From NCBI GenBank assembly GCA_038496445.1, contig JALMLS010000450.1, forward strand, positions 186,001 through 250,000: a stretch of DNA of 64,000 nucleotides. The letters are read 5' to 3'. This DNA comes from Trichosphaerium sp. ATCC 40318. Lineage: Eukaryota > Protista > Tubulinea. Under the pieces are notes generated by a model. It was not told the origin of the DNA. It searched no databases and saw only the letters and a list, made by a program, of their open reading frames with translations. Every line of letters starts with the position of its first letter. Position 1 is the stretch's first letter. Below, one piece after another: positions 25,801 through 39,921 of the stretch. Both the position numbers and the translations under genes were made by a program.

Positions 25801-28800
25801 TTGGCGGTAGAACAGTTGTTATTGAACTACCTCTTCGTAAGTTTCTTAATATATTGGTAAAACCAAGCTAAATTGGATTTTTAAGGTGTTGAAGCTACTA
25901 TGCACGATGCTGATAAGCCACTCATTGAAGGTGATGATGCCGAACTTGAAGTTGGTATCCAGGCGTTTAATGGTAAAGAAGATGATAGCTTATTGTCTGC
26001 TTCTGTTCTTGACTCTGAAGGAAATGAAACCCCTTTGGATATCGTAAGAAAAGGAGATAGTATTGTTATGGCTTTTAAACCTTCTTCTCTTGGTTCAAGT
26101 ACCTTGAAGTTGCAATACGATGGTGAAGATATTTTAACCCACGAAGCAACAATTGAGCCAAAAATAAGTACGTTATTTGAACACATGTATTGTACACACT
26201 GTTGATTTTGTCATTTAGGTATTGAAGCAGCATTAACTGTACCGGATGAAATTGTAGTCGGTAAAGAGTGCCCATTGACTGTTGAGTTTACAGAAGCTAA
26301 CAATCGCGAATTTGATGTTGAACCTGAAAAACTTGAAGTTGCGCTTGTTGGTCCCACAACAACTACATTACAAGTACCTACAACTGATGCTGAAGGACCT
26401 ATATCTCTTTCATTCACACCTGAAGATGCTGGTCCATTCAAGTTAGTCGTTTCATACGATAAGGAAGAAATAGGAAGTAAAGACATCGAAATCTCCTTAC
26501 CTATGAGTACGTGCTATTGCAATTAATTGCTTGTTAAGTTCTTTTTTGCAGCTGTTGATGTTTCAGTAACCGAAGCACCTACTACTTATATGGTGGATAG
26601 CGAAGCAACTGTTGAACTTGAGGTTAAGGCGAAGAATGGCGAACTTGACGACAGTCTCTTGACAGCTTCTATTACGGATGCGGAAGGCAATACAAAACAG
26701 CTGGATGTAGTAAAGAAGGAGGGTTCTGATGACCAGTACACCATTGCACTCACTCCTGATGTTGAAGGCGATGGTGTTTTGACTGTAGCATACAATGACG
26801 AACCATTGTTGAAGCACGAGTGCTCATTTGAACCAAAGAAAGGTACACATCTTTTTTATCAACATCAACAATAATATTGACTGTATTCGTAGCCATATCT
26901 GCTGAGGTAGATGTAACACCTGACGGTGTTACTGTTGGTAAAAAAGCAAGTGTTATAGTAAAGCTATCAGAGCTTCACGAACGTCCTCTAGATAGCTCTG
27001 AGATGGCAAACATTGTTATAGAGTTGAAAGCTCCTGAAGGATCAAAAGCTAAATTAGGCAAATTGAAACAAGGAAAAGATCAGCAGTTGACAACTTCTTT
27101 TAAACCTGATGTACCTGGATCTTTCGAATTATCAGTTTCTTCTAATGGAGAAAATATTGGAGGTCGTAAAGTACAGATTGAATTACCTTTCCGTACGTGA
27201 CATGCTTTTTTTTCTTTCCGTCAATGTTTGTCAACTTATAATTTCGTAGGAGTTGAGGTTGATTTATGCGAAGCACCAACAGTTTTGTTCGCTGGCAATG
27301 AGACCACATGGGAAATTGAAGTCAAGGCATTCAATGGAGAATGTGATCCTTCATTGCTGAAGGCTACAATAGTTAACCCTGATGGTACAACTAACGAGCC
27401 TAAAGTAATAAAGAATGATGACTCAGAAGAACAATATTCTATCACATTCACACCAACTGTTATTGGTGCTTCTCAAGTATCTATTGAATATGAAGGAAAC
27501 CCAGAATTAGAATTTGTTTGCATGGTAGAACCTAAGAAAGGTACTGTCGAACGAAGAAAAGCATCTCAATGCTGTTGTTAACTTTTATCTTTAGAAATTG
27601 TGGCAAAGGTTGATATTACTCCAGACAATGTAGTTGTTGGTGATACTGCCAATGTATCTGTTGCTTTAACAGAAGCCAATGATCGCAGTATCGAACCTGA
27701 TGTTCAAAAACTCAGTGTTACTGTTACTGCACCTGAAGGCTCTCAAGTACCACTTCTTTGTGCAGTTGAACAGCAAGAAGACGGTACATTCACAGTATCA
27801 TTCAAACCGGAAGAGAACGGTACATATGAAGTCAGTGTGTCCTATGACGATGACAAGATCGGTGGACGAACATTGCAAGTTGAGTTGCCTTTCCGTACGC
27901 TTGCTTAAGTTTTGTTCTGTTGTTATACTAACAAATACGTACAGGTATTACTGCAGAGGTTGTTGAAGCACCTACCATGGTATTTACCGAATGTGAGACT
28001 TCTGTTGAGGTTAAGGTCGAAGCTTTTAATGGTGTCTGCGACGAAGCGCTACTATCAGCGAAGATTGAAGATCCTGAAGGAAATACGCAAAAAATTCCTA
28101 TTACAAAGAACGAGGATCAAGAACAGCAATACGCTGTTACTTTTACTCCTTCGGCAGTTGGAGAAAATGTCGTCACTGTACTATACAATGGAGAACCTAT
28201 AATGACGCATAAGTGCGCAGTTGAGCCAAAGAAAGGTACTATTCTTCTTTTGAAAGTTCGCTTCCTTACTTACCTTTTACCAGAAATTTCGGCTTCTATT
28301 GACATCACACCTGATGATGTTGTCACTGGAGATACTGCTTGTATCAAGGTGACTCTAAAAGAGAACAAAGGGCTTCCATTCGAGCCAGAGGTAGAGAAGC
28401 TTCGCGTTTCTCTCTCAACTCAACCGGAAGGTGCTGATTGCACTTTGAGCGATATTGACGCCAAAGAAGATGGCTCTTTTGAAGTGACTTTCGCGCCTGA
28501 ACTCGCTGGTCCATATGAGATAAGTGTTGCCTATGATAGCGAAAAAGTAGGTGGCAGAGAAATAGAAGTAGCCTTGCCTATCCGTACGTGAATATCTTTG
28601 TTTTGTAGTATTTCTAAGGTTCTCACAATGTGTTGCAGAGTTGACAGCTGAAGTCTCAGTATCTCCAGATACGATTGTTGTAGGTGAAGATGCAACTGTT
28701 GACGTTACGGTAAAAGAAGTTTACGAGCGCCCACTTGCTTCTACAGAGCTCGATAAAGTAACTATCGCAGTGAACGGTCCTGAAGGGTCTGCAGCTGAGA

Positions 28801-31800
28801 TTCAAGATGTTAAAAACGAAGGAGATGCTTTCAAAGCTGTATTTACACCTGACTTACCTGGTGATTTCAAGGTAATAGTATCCTTTGGTGATGACAAGGT
28901 CGGCGAAAGCACTGTTAGTGTCGAGCTGCCATTACGTAAGTAGTAAACCTGTTTACGCTATTTTAACTTTCTTAGGTGTGGAAGCTACCTTTTGTGAAGC
29001 ACCAACTGTACTATTTGCAGAATGTCCAACAACTCTTGAAGTAAAGGTAAAAGCATTTAACGGTGACTGTGATACCGCTCTACTGTCAGCAAGCGTTGCT
29101 GATCCAGAAGGCAATGTGTCAACACTACCAATCACCAAGAATGACGATAAAGAAGATCAATTTACAATTGAATTTACTCCTTCATCTGTTGGTGACAACA
29201 AAGTATCTGTAAAATACGGTGACGATCCAGTTCTTGAACAATCATTCAATGTTGAACCAAAGAAAGGTACGTTTACATTACTTTTGTACATTCTTCTTCG
29301 TTTACTTACAAATACGATTAGAAGTTGTCGCTTCACTTGATGTTACACCAGATAATGTTGTTGTCGGTGATGACACTCATGTTAAAATATCATTGAACGA
29401 ATCAAGCGGTCGTGATATTGACATTGATTCTGATAAATTGGTTGTAACATTGAAACATCCAGATGGTACCACAACAACACTTGAACCTCGTCAACAAGAA
29501 GATGGATCATTTGATGCATCTTTCTCACCTGACAGTGATGGTGATTATGATATTGACGTATCTTACGATGATGAGAAAGTCGGAGGAAGATCAGTTCAAG
29601 TTGACAAACCACTCAGTATGCTTACGCCCTTATAATTTTATTACACTATTTTCATGCTTACAAGTCATAGAATTGGAAGTTTCTCTCATTGAAGTTCCAA
29701 CTGTCTTATTTGTTGATGCACCAACAACTCTTGAAGTTGACGTTAAAGCCACTAATGGAGATTGCGATGCTACGCTATTAACAGCAACGATTGCTGATCC
29801 AGAAGGCAACGTTCAACAGGTTCCAGTTGAGAAAAACAATGAAAAAGAAGGCGATCAATTTACCCTTACCTTCACGCCTTCTCTCCCTGGAGACTCGAAA
29901 CTCACGCTCCAATATGCCAAGAAGCCAGTGTTGGAGCATACATGCACTGCAGAGCACAAGAAAGGTAATATAGAATATAATTTACGCTGAGATCTGATTC
30001 GATTAGAAATGGTTGCACAAATCGATATTACCCCAGATCACTTGATGATCAATGAAGATGCAACAATCTCTCTTACTATTTCAGAAGCAAATGGTCGCGA
30101 TATTGAACCTCAAGCTGAAAAATTGAGTGTTGTTCTTCGCAGTCCAGATGGTGCTGAAAACAAAACTGATCCATTGACTGCTCAAGATGATGGTACATTC
30201 AGTGTTGTGTTTGTACCAAAGGTCAATGGTACATACGATGTTGTCGCATTCTATGATGATGATAAAGTTGGAGGAAGAACTGTTGAAGTACACCGCCCTC
30301 TAAGTACGTACTGTAGAAAGTTTAACTACAGTTTGTATTTACTTTTAACCCAGAATTGGAAGCTCATGTTTGCGAATCACCAACTGTATTCTTTGTTGAC
30401 ACACCAACAAGTGTCGAGATTGAAATCAAGGCTTTCAATGGAAATTGTGATGATACCCTTCTATCAGCGGTCCTCAAAGACTCTGAAGGCAATGTACAAG
30501 TACTTTCAGTAGCTAGGAACCCCCCAGAAGAGAGTGGAGATGAGGAACCTACTGACAAAGATACACAATATACAATCGCTTTTACTCCTTCTTCTTTGGG
30601 AGACAATACTGTATCTGTAGTCTACAATGGTGGAAGTCCTCTATTACAGCACGTTTGCAGTGTCGAGCCACAAAAAGGTACTGAAAGCCAAAGATTTATT
30701 TTCTAATTTCGTACTTATGAACTATTCAGAAATCACTGCTAAGGTTGATATCACACCTGATGATGTGGTTGTTGGCGATAAAACTACTGTGACAGTCGTT
30801 CTATCAGAAACTGGCGGTCGCGATATCTCTCCTGACCTTGATAAACTCAAAGTTGTTCTCGCCAGCCAACCAACAACTTCATCATGTCAAATCGATGATA
30901 CAACACAACAAGAAGATGGATCATTCACCACAACATTCACACCTGACGTTGATGGTGACTATGATGTATCAGTATCTTATGACGGTGATAAGATTGGAGG
31001 TAGAGCTGTAAATGTAGATCCACCATTCCGTACGTTACTTTTACTTATCTGTAATGTCAAACTAATATGTCTAAAAGGATTGGAGGTATCTCTTGCCGAA
31101 GCACCAACAGTACTATTTGCAGAATGTCCAACAACTCTTGAAGTTGAAGCAAAAGCATTTAATGGTGACTGTGATGCCGCACTACTGTCAGCAAGCGTTG
31201 CTGATCCAGAAGGCAATGTATCAACACTACCAATCACCAAGAATGATAAAGAAGATCAATTTACAATTGAATTTACTCCATCATGTGTTGGTGACAACAA
31301 AGTATCTGTAAAATACGGTGACGATCCAGTTCTTGAACAATCATTCAATGTTGAACCAAAGAAAGGTACGTTTACATTACTTTTGTACATGCTTCTTTGT
31401 TTACTTACAAATACGATTAGAAGTTGTCGCTTCACTTGATGTTACACCAGATAATGTTGTTGTCGGTGATGACACTCATGTTAAAATATCATTGAACGAA
31501 TCAAGTGGTCGTGATATTGACATTGATTCTGATAAACTTGTTGTAACATTGAAACATCCAGATGGTACCACAACAACACTTGAACCTCGTCAACAAGAAG
31601 ATGGATCATTTGATGCATCTTTCTCACCTGATAGTGATGGTGATTATGATATTGATGTGTCTTACGATGATGAGAAAATCGGAGGAAGATCAGTTCAAGT
31701 TGACAAACCACTCAGTACGCTTACACTCTTATAACAATCTTATTATTTTGTTCTAAGTAATTTGTTAGGATTGGAAGTTTCTCTCATTGAAGTTCCAACT

Positions 31801-34800
31801 GTCTTATTTGTTGATGCACCAACAACTCTTGAAGTTGATGTTCAATCCTTTAATGGCACTTGCAACCAGTCGCTGCTGACAGCATCTGTTGCAGACCCAG
31901 AAGGCAATGTTGAACAGATCCCAATTGACAAGAACACGTACAAGGACAAAGGAGATCAATTTACAATCACTTTCACTCCGTCTGTCCCTGGAGACTCCAA
32001 AGTATCCGTGAGCTATGATGGTGAACCTGTTCTAGAACATACTTGCTCTGTTGAAGAGAAAAAAGGTGCTTTACAACTATACTATTTACTTTCATTTACA
32101 TTCTATTAGACCTTATGGCACAAATCGATATTACCCCAGATCACTTGATGATTAACGAGGATGCAAAGATTTCTCTCACACTTTCAGAAGCAAATGGTCG
32201 CGATATTGAACCTCAAGCTGAAAAATTGAGTATTGTTCTTCGCAGTCCAGATGGTGCTGAAAACAAAACTGATCCATTGACAGCTCAAGATGATGGTACA
32301 TTCAGTGTTGTGTTTGTACCAAAGGTCAATGGTACATATGATGTTGTTGCATTCTATGACGATGATAAAGTTGGAGGAAGAACTGTTGAAGTACACCGCC
32401 CTCTCAGTACGTATTGTGTAAAGTGTAACTGCAGTTGTACTTACATCTATTTAAGGATTGGAAGTGGAAGTGTGCGAATCACCAACTGTATTCTTTGTTG
32501 ACACACCAACAAGTGTTGAGATTGAAATCAAGGCTTTGAATGGAAATTGTGATGATACTCTTCTATCAGCGACAGTTACAGATGCTGAGGGAAATAGTAC
32601 ACCACTTACAATCTCCAAAAATTCAGAAAATGAAGATCAATATACAATCCCTTTTACTCCTTCTTCTTTGGGAGACAATATTGTTTCTGTAGTATACGGT
32701 AATGAGAGTCCATTATTACAACACGTTTGCAGTGTCGAGCCACAAAAAGGTACAGGGCATGCTATCATTGACTTAGAAACTTACATCCATTAGAAATCAC
32801 TGCTAAGGTTGACATCACACCTGATGATGTGGTTGTTGGCGATAAAACTACTGTGACAGTCATTCTATCAGAAACTGGTGGTCGTGATATCTCTCCTGAC
32901 CTTGATAAACTCAAAGTTGTTCTCGCCAGCCAACCAACAACTTCATCATGTCAAATCAATGATACAACACAACAAGAAGATGGATCATTCACCACAACAT
33001 TCACACCTGACGTTGACGGTGACTATGATGTATCAGTATCTTATGACGGTGATAAGATTGGAGGTAGAGTTGTAAATGTAGATCAACCATTCCGTACGTT
33101 ACACTTTTACAATACCTTTACACGTTCGCTAATATTCCAAAGGATTGGAGGTATCTCTTGTTGAAACACCAACAGTGTTATTTGCAGAATGTCCAACAAC
33201 TCTTGAAGTTGAAGCAAAGGCGTTTAATGGTGACTGTGATGCCTCACTACTATCAGCAAGCGTTGCTGATCCAGAAGGCAATGTATCAACACTACCAATC
33301 ACAAAGAATGATGATAAAGAAGATCAATACACCATCGAGTTTACTCCATCATGTGTTGGTGACAACAAAGTATCTGTAAAATACGGTGATGATCCAGTTC
33401 TCGAACAGTCATTCAGTGTTGAACCAAAGAAAGGTGCGTTTACATTACTTTTGTTCACTCTTCATTCGTTTACTTACAAATACGATTAGAAGTTGTCGCT
33501 TCACTTGATGTTACACCAGATAATGTTGTTGTCGGTGATGACACTCATGTCAAAATATTATTGAACGAATCAAGCGGTCGTGATATTGACATTGATTCTG
33601 ATAAATTGGTTGTCACCATTGTAAACCCTGATGGAACAAAAACACCTGTAGAGCCAGTCAAACTTGCTGATGGCTCTTATGATGTCGCTTTCTCACCAGA
33701 AGACAATGGCAACTACAAGATTGACGTATCTTACGATGATGAGAAAGTCGGAGGACGATCAGTTCAAGTTGATACACCACTCAGTACGCTTACAGCTCTT
33801 GTAATTTTATTATTGTAGTTGAATTCTAAGTTTTCTTTTTAGGATTGGAAGTTTCTCTTGTTGAAGTTCCAACTGTATTATATGTTGACATACCTACAAC
33901 TCTTGAAGTTGGAGTTGTGGCTTTCGATGGCGAATGCAATACTTCGTTATTGACAGCATCTATTGCAGACCCAGAAGGCAATGTCGAACAGATTCCAATT
34001 GACAAGAACACGTACAAGGACAAAGGAGATCAATTTACAATCACTTTCACTCCAACAACTCACGGAGACTCCAAAGTATCTGTGAACTATGATGGTGAAC
34101 CTGTTCTAGAACATACTTGCTCTGTTGAGCCTCAAAAAGGTACCTACAGCTGTAATGTTGTTTCAATATGCTGACGTTGTCCTAGACATTGTTGCTCAAG
34201 TCGACATTACACCAGATAGCATTGTCATGGGTCAAAAAGCAACAGTGAGCATTTCGCTTATTGAAGCAAATGGTCATTCAGTAGATTCTGAGTTACCTAA
34301 AATATCAATCACCTTGGACTCTCCTGATGGATCCAAAGCGACAATAGCAGATTTAACCAGCATGCCGGATGGATCCTTTACTACGTCGTTCTTGGCTGAT
34401 GTTGAAGGTCCATTTACCGTCACTGTGAAGCATGATGACTCTAAGGTCGGCGGTAGATCTGTAGTCGTTGACTTGCCACTTCGTACGCTTTTCAACCTTT
34501 CAAGTCTTTGTACTAAGTATTACTAGGGCTTGATGTTCAACTTCGGGATACGCCTGAAGAGTTTCCAGCCGATAAGCTTACAACTCTTGCATTTGATGTT
34601 AATACAATCAAAGGCGTTATTGACCCATCTTGTCTAACAGCTTCTGTTGCTGGTTCTGATGGCGTGTTAGAGTCTATACCTGTTGATCAGATTAGCGATA
34701 ACCAATTCGCTGTTACTTTTAAACCAGCCTCTCTAGGAGATAATATTGTAACTCTAGTTTATGATGGAGAGCCAGTGTTGCAACATAGTTGCAATATTGA

Positions 34801-37800
34801 AGAACCAAAAGGTGCGTAAAAAATTATATGATTTGTGGATAGAATTTTGTTTGTTTTATTATTTTTGTTCTTGTTTGGTAGTCTAACTGTTGTATTTAGT
34901 TATTAAAGCATCTGTTGATATCACACCGGATGATGTTGTAACCAACAAACCCACAACTGTAAATATTACCCTCAAAGAAGCCAGTAACCGTCCATTCAAC
35001 AATGACGTTTCAAAACTATCAGTTTCACTTGCTAGTATTCCTCCTGGTTCCAAGTGTTCCATTGGAGACGTTAAACAAGAAAAAGACGGTAGTTTTACCA
35101 CGTCATTCACACCAGACGTCCCAGGCACTTTTGACTTGTCCATTACATACAATGATGAAAAAGTTGGCGGCACAAAACTTGTTGCTGAAACTCCATTGAG
35201 TACATTTTGGTCCCATCACCGTTTTCTAATGTGATGTTTCAAGGACTCGACATACAACTGTGCGAAGTACCTACTGCGGTTTATGCCCAGTCTGTAACTT
35301 CGCTAGAAGTACAAATAAAGGCTTTTAATGGCAGCTGTGATGATTCTCTGTTGAGCGCTTGTTTCGTTGATGCTGATGGCAATACACAACCTGCCTCTAT
35401 TATCAAGAATGATGAGTCTCAAGAACAGTATACTATCTCATTTACACCAGAATCACCTGGTAAAGTGTCTGTATCTGTTCTTTATGATGATTCACCTGTT
35501 TTAAACCATGAGTGTAGTGTAGAACCTAAAAAAGGTAAGGAGGGGTTTTTTTTTGTGTTTTAGATTTTACGATATTCTAACTAAACTGGTTTCCTACAGA
35601 AATTATTGCAAATGTGGATATTAGACCTGATGACATTAATGTTGGTACACCAGCAGTTGTTTCAATTGACCTTGTAGAAGCAGCAGGTCGAGAAATCGAA
35701 CCTGATATGTCTAAATTGAACGTCGTATTGGTTGAACCTGATGGCTCTTGTACACCTTTAACTAATGTTGAAGTAAATCCAGATGGTACTATAACGCTTG
35801 GATTTGTTCCAAAGACAGAAGGATCGTTCGACGTTGATGTTGTGTATGACAACGAGAAAGTGGGTGGCAGAAAAGTTGATGTTTCTCTTCCTTTCCGTGC
35901 GTTTTTAGCTAAAAAATCAAGACCTTGTTTGCTTAACTTTTGATTCATAGGAGTTGATGCTCAAGTCACTCTTCCTGATGATATTCTCGAAGGTGAGAAA
36001 TCAACTATTGTCTTCAAAGTCAAGGGTGTCAATGGTGAAATGGACATTTCAAAAATTAAAGGTACCCTTGTAAAGGGTAACATTGATGATTACTCCGGAA
36101 ACCATGATGACTTGTCACCTGCTGAAGTATCACATAATGGAAACGATACTGTGTTTGTTGATATTAGGCCTACAAAAGTTGGAGACCATGCTGTTGCGTT
36201 ATCATATGACGACAAGGAACAAATTTGTCAAGTTCCAATAAGTGTCTCTCCTGATGTTGGTATGTTCTTTCTTGATATTTTATTCGAAATTGTTCAGTTA
36301 CTAATACACATACAGCACCTCATGCTACCATTGGAGAACCAGAAATATATGTGGAAAGCAGTTCTGATAAATTGAGTGTACCTGTAAGCGTAGTAGACGC
36401 TATCTCAGGTCAACCTGTATCAGATGTTTCCAACTTAAAAGCGTCAATAATCGATGCTGATGGCAATAAGTCGGAAGCTTCATTAGAACAAGTTAAGCCT
36501 GGTGAATTCCGAGCTGTTGGTTCTCCTCAAGGAAATCCTCCTTATGATGTTTGCATTGAATACAAGGACAAGGAGATAGCGCGCAAAGAGCTTGACCTTA
36601 ACAAACGTACTTAACCACACTATACAGTTCTAATCTTTTTACAGCTGCTGTAATTGTTATTGGTGAACATGATGTTGCTGTAGCTGGTGACCCAGTTTCT
36701 TTATCTGTGTCTGTTCAAGATGACACCGGAAAAGCTGTAGATCCAGATGTTATGCGTCTAAAGGCATATGTTGTTAATGAGAACACTGGTGACACTGTAC
36801 CAGTTGAGGTAAAGAAAGAAGACGGTAAGGTACTTGTATCATTTGTACCAACGTCTGCTGGAAAATTCCCTGTCGTTGTGACATGTGATAACGTCACAGC
36901 GAAGCAGGATGTTGCCGTATTTGACAGTAAAGATAAAGGTACTCATCACAAACAACTCGTTTTGATCTTTTTGGCTAACCTTTGCTTCAAATAGAACCGA
37001 AACCTAATAAGAAGTATTACTTTGATATTGATATTGGCAATAGAGCACAGAATGATGTAAAGGTATTACTACTTTGTTAGAAATTTCGTGATGTTTACCT
37101 CTCTTTGTGCTAACTTGTAGTTTTTTAGGTTGAGTTGTTCACTCCTAGTAGTCAAAGATTGAAATGTGAACTTGTACCAACAAGCTCAACTACTATAAGA
37201 TGTACCTATACACCTGAAGATGATGGAGACCATAATGTATCTATTGTATATAATGAAGAACTTCTGACAGATAAACCACTATCGCTTCAAGTGGCAGGCA
37301 AGTTTCAAACAACCAACAAGAACTATTTTTTGTTAAATGTCGGCTTAGGTGATGAGGACAGTACTGATGATACTGGTATGGTGAAGATGCCAGCAAGTAC
37401 TGTTTGTATACCTTCAGAATATAGTGATATAGATATCAAGGGCGATGAAGTTATCGAGTTAAAAGAAGACTACAAAGCAGAGAACAAAGGTTCGCTATTG
37501 TTTTTTTTTTAGTTCAACTTGTTAAATGTTGTTTTACAGATGACCTTGCTCCACTATGGTCTTATATCATACCTTACTTGATTCTTGTCGCTATGACAGT
37601 AATTACATCTACGTGGTTGGCCAGTGTGTACTTTAAGCATAAACCAACATGTGGTAACCTTGATACTTTCATGGTAAGATACTTGTATTTTTCTCATTAA
37701 GATTTTAACTAACACGCTTTTTGTAGATTATTGCTTCCATTGTACAACTTATTGATGTGGGTCTGTTGGGTGGTGTGTTATTTAAAGTAATTAGACCACG

Positions 37801-38263
37801 ACATAAAGCTAAAGTGTATAAAAGAAATCCAACACCGCTCACCAAAGCTGATTTGTACGTCAACCTTTGGGGTTTTTTTGCATTTTGATTTTGTGCTAAC
37901 GCTCTTCAAAGGGCTATAAGCGGTTCCTGGATAGTTGGCACTCTTGGTTATATCGCTTGGTTCATAGTTGGTAATGCGTGGTTCTGGCAAGTGAGTAAAG
38001 CAGCGTGTGTTACGCCTGTGTATAACTCTATGCTTGGTACGTTATTGTGATTTTTTTTCTGGGGTTTTTTCTAAATTATCTTGTTAGTCTATGTTATCGC
38101 TATGTACTTGGTAATGGCTCTTTCTGGAACTCTTATTGCTGTGTTTATTCTACGAAGAGTATTTAAGGAACCAACGCCTTATGTGACAGATAGAACTTTA
38201 TCTACAATTGAGTTTGAAAGAGAGATTGACGTTCCATACGCTGATCAAACAAATGACTTGTAA
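22818..38263 (+). CDS. Giant filamin-like protein: tandem CH actin-binding domain + ~38 Ig/filamin-like repeats + C-terminal 4-TM domain (~4,200 aa estimated)
   Basis: CH1 WVRSQKRAFTGWCNTHL..FENGLVLIALLE..VDGNLKLILGMIWTLILRY; CH2 SWQDGRVF..GVPKILEPED..PDELAMITYISYF; ~97-aa repeats mostly one per phase-1 exon; acidic linker spliced in frame to four hydrophobic helices; stop at 38263. Confidence 0.85.
28975..34139 (+). repeat. Higher-order internal tandem duplication: ~2.1-kb unit of six Ig-repeat exons, ~2.5 copies
   Basis: Near-identical exons recur at ~28975/31078/33143 (PTVLFAECPTT), ~29322/31421/33489 (EVVASLDVTPDNVVVGDDTH), ~30007/32110 and ~30730/32794. Confidence 0.9.
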
Positions 38264-39216
38264 TTTATGAAATAAAATAAAAACCGAGTATTGTACAAAA
38301 ACAGAAGGCAATGGTATTTAAACTATCTTGAACTATATAGCACAGATAGAGCGTGTTCTAAAGTATTCAAATTAACTACCAATCTCACGCAGAGGCACAA
38401 ACTTAATTAAGTAAGTACGTGCGTACAAGATCCATCTGGCGAAGCAAAAAGCTCACTGAGTAATAAATCTTTGTTGGTGAGGCGATTTCTCCTTTTGTTT
38501 TTTTGTTTAGTAGCTACTTGTCCATACCCTGCCGGATAAAAAGGGGTATGGGTACTGCTTTTGGCTGTGGTTGAACACGATCATGCGATCGTCATCATAA
38601 CTCAATTGTGGATATTCCTACCAGTTTTGGATACTTTGGATTTCAGTAACTACGACATTATGATATTCTTGACTTTTTGGTACAACAGCGGCTACGTTTA
38701 AGAACGTAGAAAATGAAAGCCCACAAGTTGTCCCTAAACAAAATGTAGGTTAGAATTCTCCTTTGAAATGTGTACCCAAATCCCGAAGTTAGTAGACGTC
38801 ATTTACAAGCGCCTTTGATGTGCTATTTACCTCGTTAAAAGACCAAAAAAGGTTTTTTCGGTAACGCGGCTTTAAAATGTCTCTAAAGAATTCTAACGTG
38901 TTTTGTTTCCTTTCATGCTGTTGCACGTTGTATTAATAACGTACACAACAGCCCTAACGTTCTAGAAACTGATTTCTTTTTTAAACTGTAGTACAGTTTC
39001 TAAAACAAGGTATTCAATTATATAGCGGGTGGAGTAGGTATTTGACTAAAATAAACAGAGTTTGAGTCAAAAAACGAGAATTATTGTTTTTCTTATTTTC
39101 TCAACTATCTCCTATGCGAAATCGACGCTAGGCATAGACACTGTACAATATGTACAAGCATATGGTAGAGTTTAAGCTTATTTCTCGTCAAAGACATTTT
39201 GCCTAATGTAGAAAAC

Positions 39217-39254
39217 AGAAAAACGCTCGCAAACAAGCTTGCGAGCGTTTTTCT
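39217..39254. repeat. Perfect 16-bp inverted repeat with 6-nt loop
   Basis: agaaaaacgctcgcaa-acaagc-ttgcgagcgtttttct. Confidence 0.9.
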
Positions 39255-39492
39255 TGGCGTTCTCCGAGAATCGTATTAAAAAGGAGGTGTTTCTCCTAAA
39301 ATTACTCTGAAGTCATTATTTCTGTAAACCATGCATACGGTTACATTGATAATGATACTGTTTATAACTATAGATACTTTAAAGCTCGTTTTCAAAAAAT
39401 GAAATGAGAGAAAACACTTCAAAAAAGGCAAGAGCTCGAAATTTGGATGCTTTTTTGACCTAATTTAGAAACCTACTTACAGTTCAAGAGAT

Positions 39493-39921
39493 ATGCAGCT
39501 TCAGCAGTTCAACTTTGATGTTTTACAACCATTGGGATCTAATGGAAAGAATAAAGGTTCTCACAAACCGAGGCAAAAAAGAGAAAAGATGCCGCCTTTG
39601 TATACTGTACATAAATTAGAGTGCAGCGACGGCGTTACTGTTTCTCTTACAATACAAGGAGTATATAGTAATCTAGACTTCGTTTCACCATCTACCGATA
39701 CAAATGATGATATGGGATATGATACTATCCGAGCTAAACCAGCTACACATTTCGTACCAGTACAGAATATAACATTTAAGAAACAAAATAATAGCACAAT
39801 CGCAAAGAAGACAAAATTACGCGTTTTGCGTCGACCTTTGGTGACGAGACTTTCTCCACCTCTTCCCGGGAACCGTAGCTATCTAGAACAAATATCTTAC
39901 GTGCTATCCGGTAGGCGGTGA
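39493..39921 (+). CDS. Hypothetical protein (142 aa, basic, no recognised domain)
   Basis: ATG-initiated uninterrupted ORF in otherwise non-coding DNA; no motif recognised. Confidence 0.35.
   Translation: MQLQQFNFDVLQPLGSNGKNKGSHKPRQKREKMPPLYTVHKLECSDGVTVSLTIQGVYSNLDFVSPSTDTNDDMGYDTIRAKPATHFVPVQNITFKKQNNSTIAKKTKLRVLRRPLVTRLSPPLPGNRSYLEQISYVLSGRR

Noticed and set aside
24141-36897. Many minus-strand and off-frame ORFs across the filamin-like gene
   Set aside because: Shadow ORFs of the repetitive plus-strand exons.
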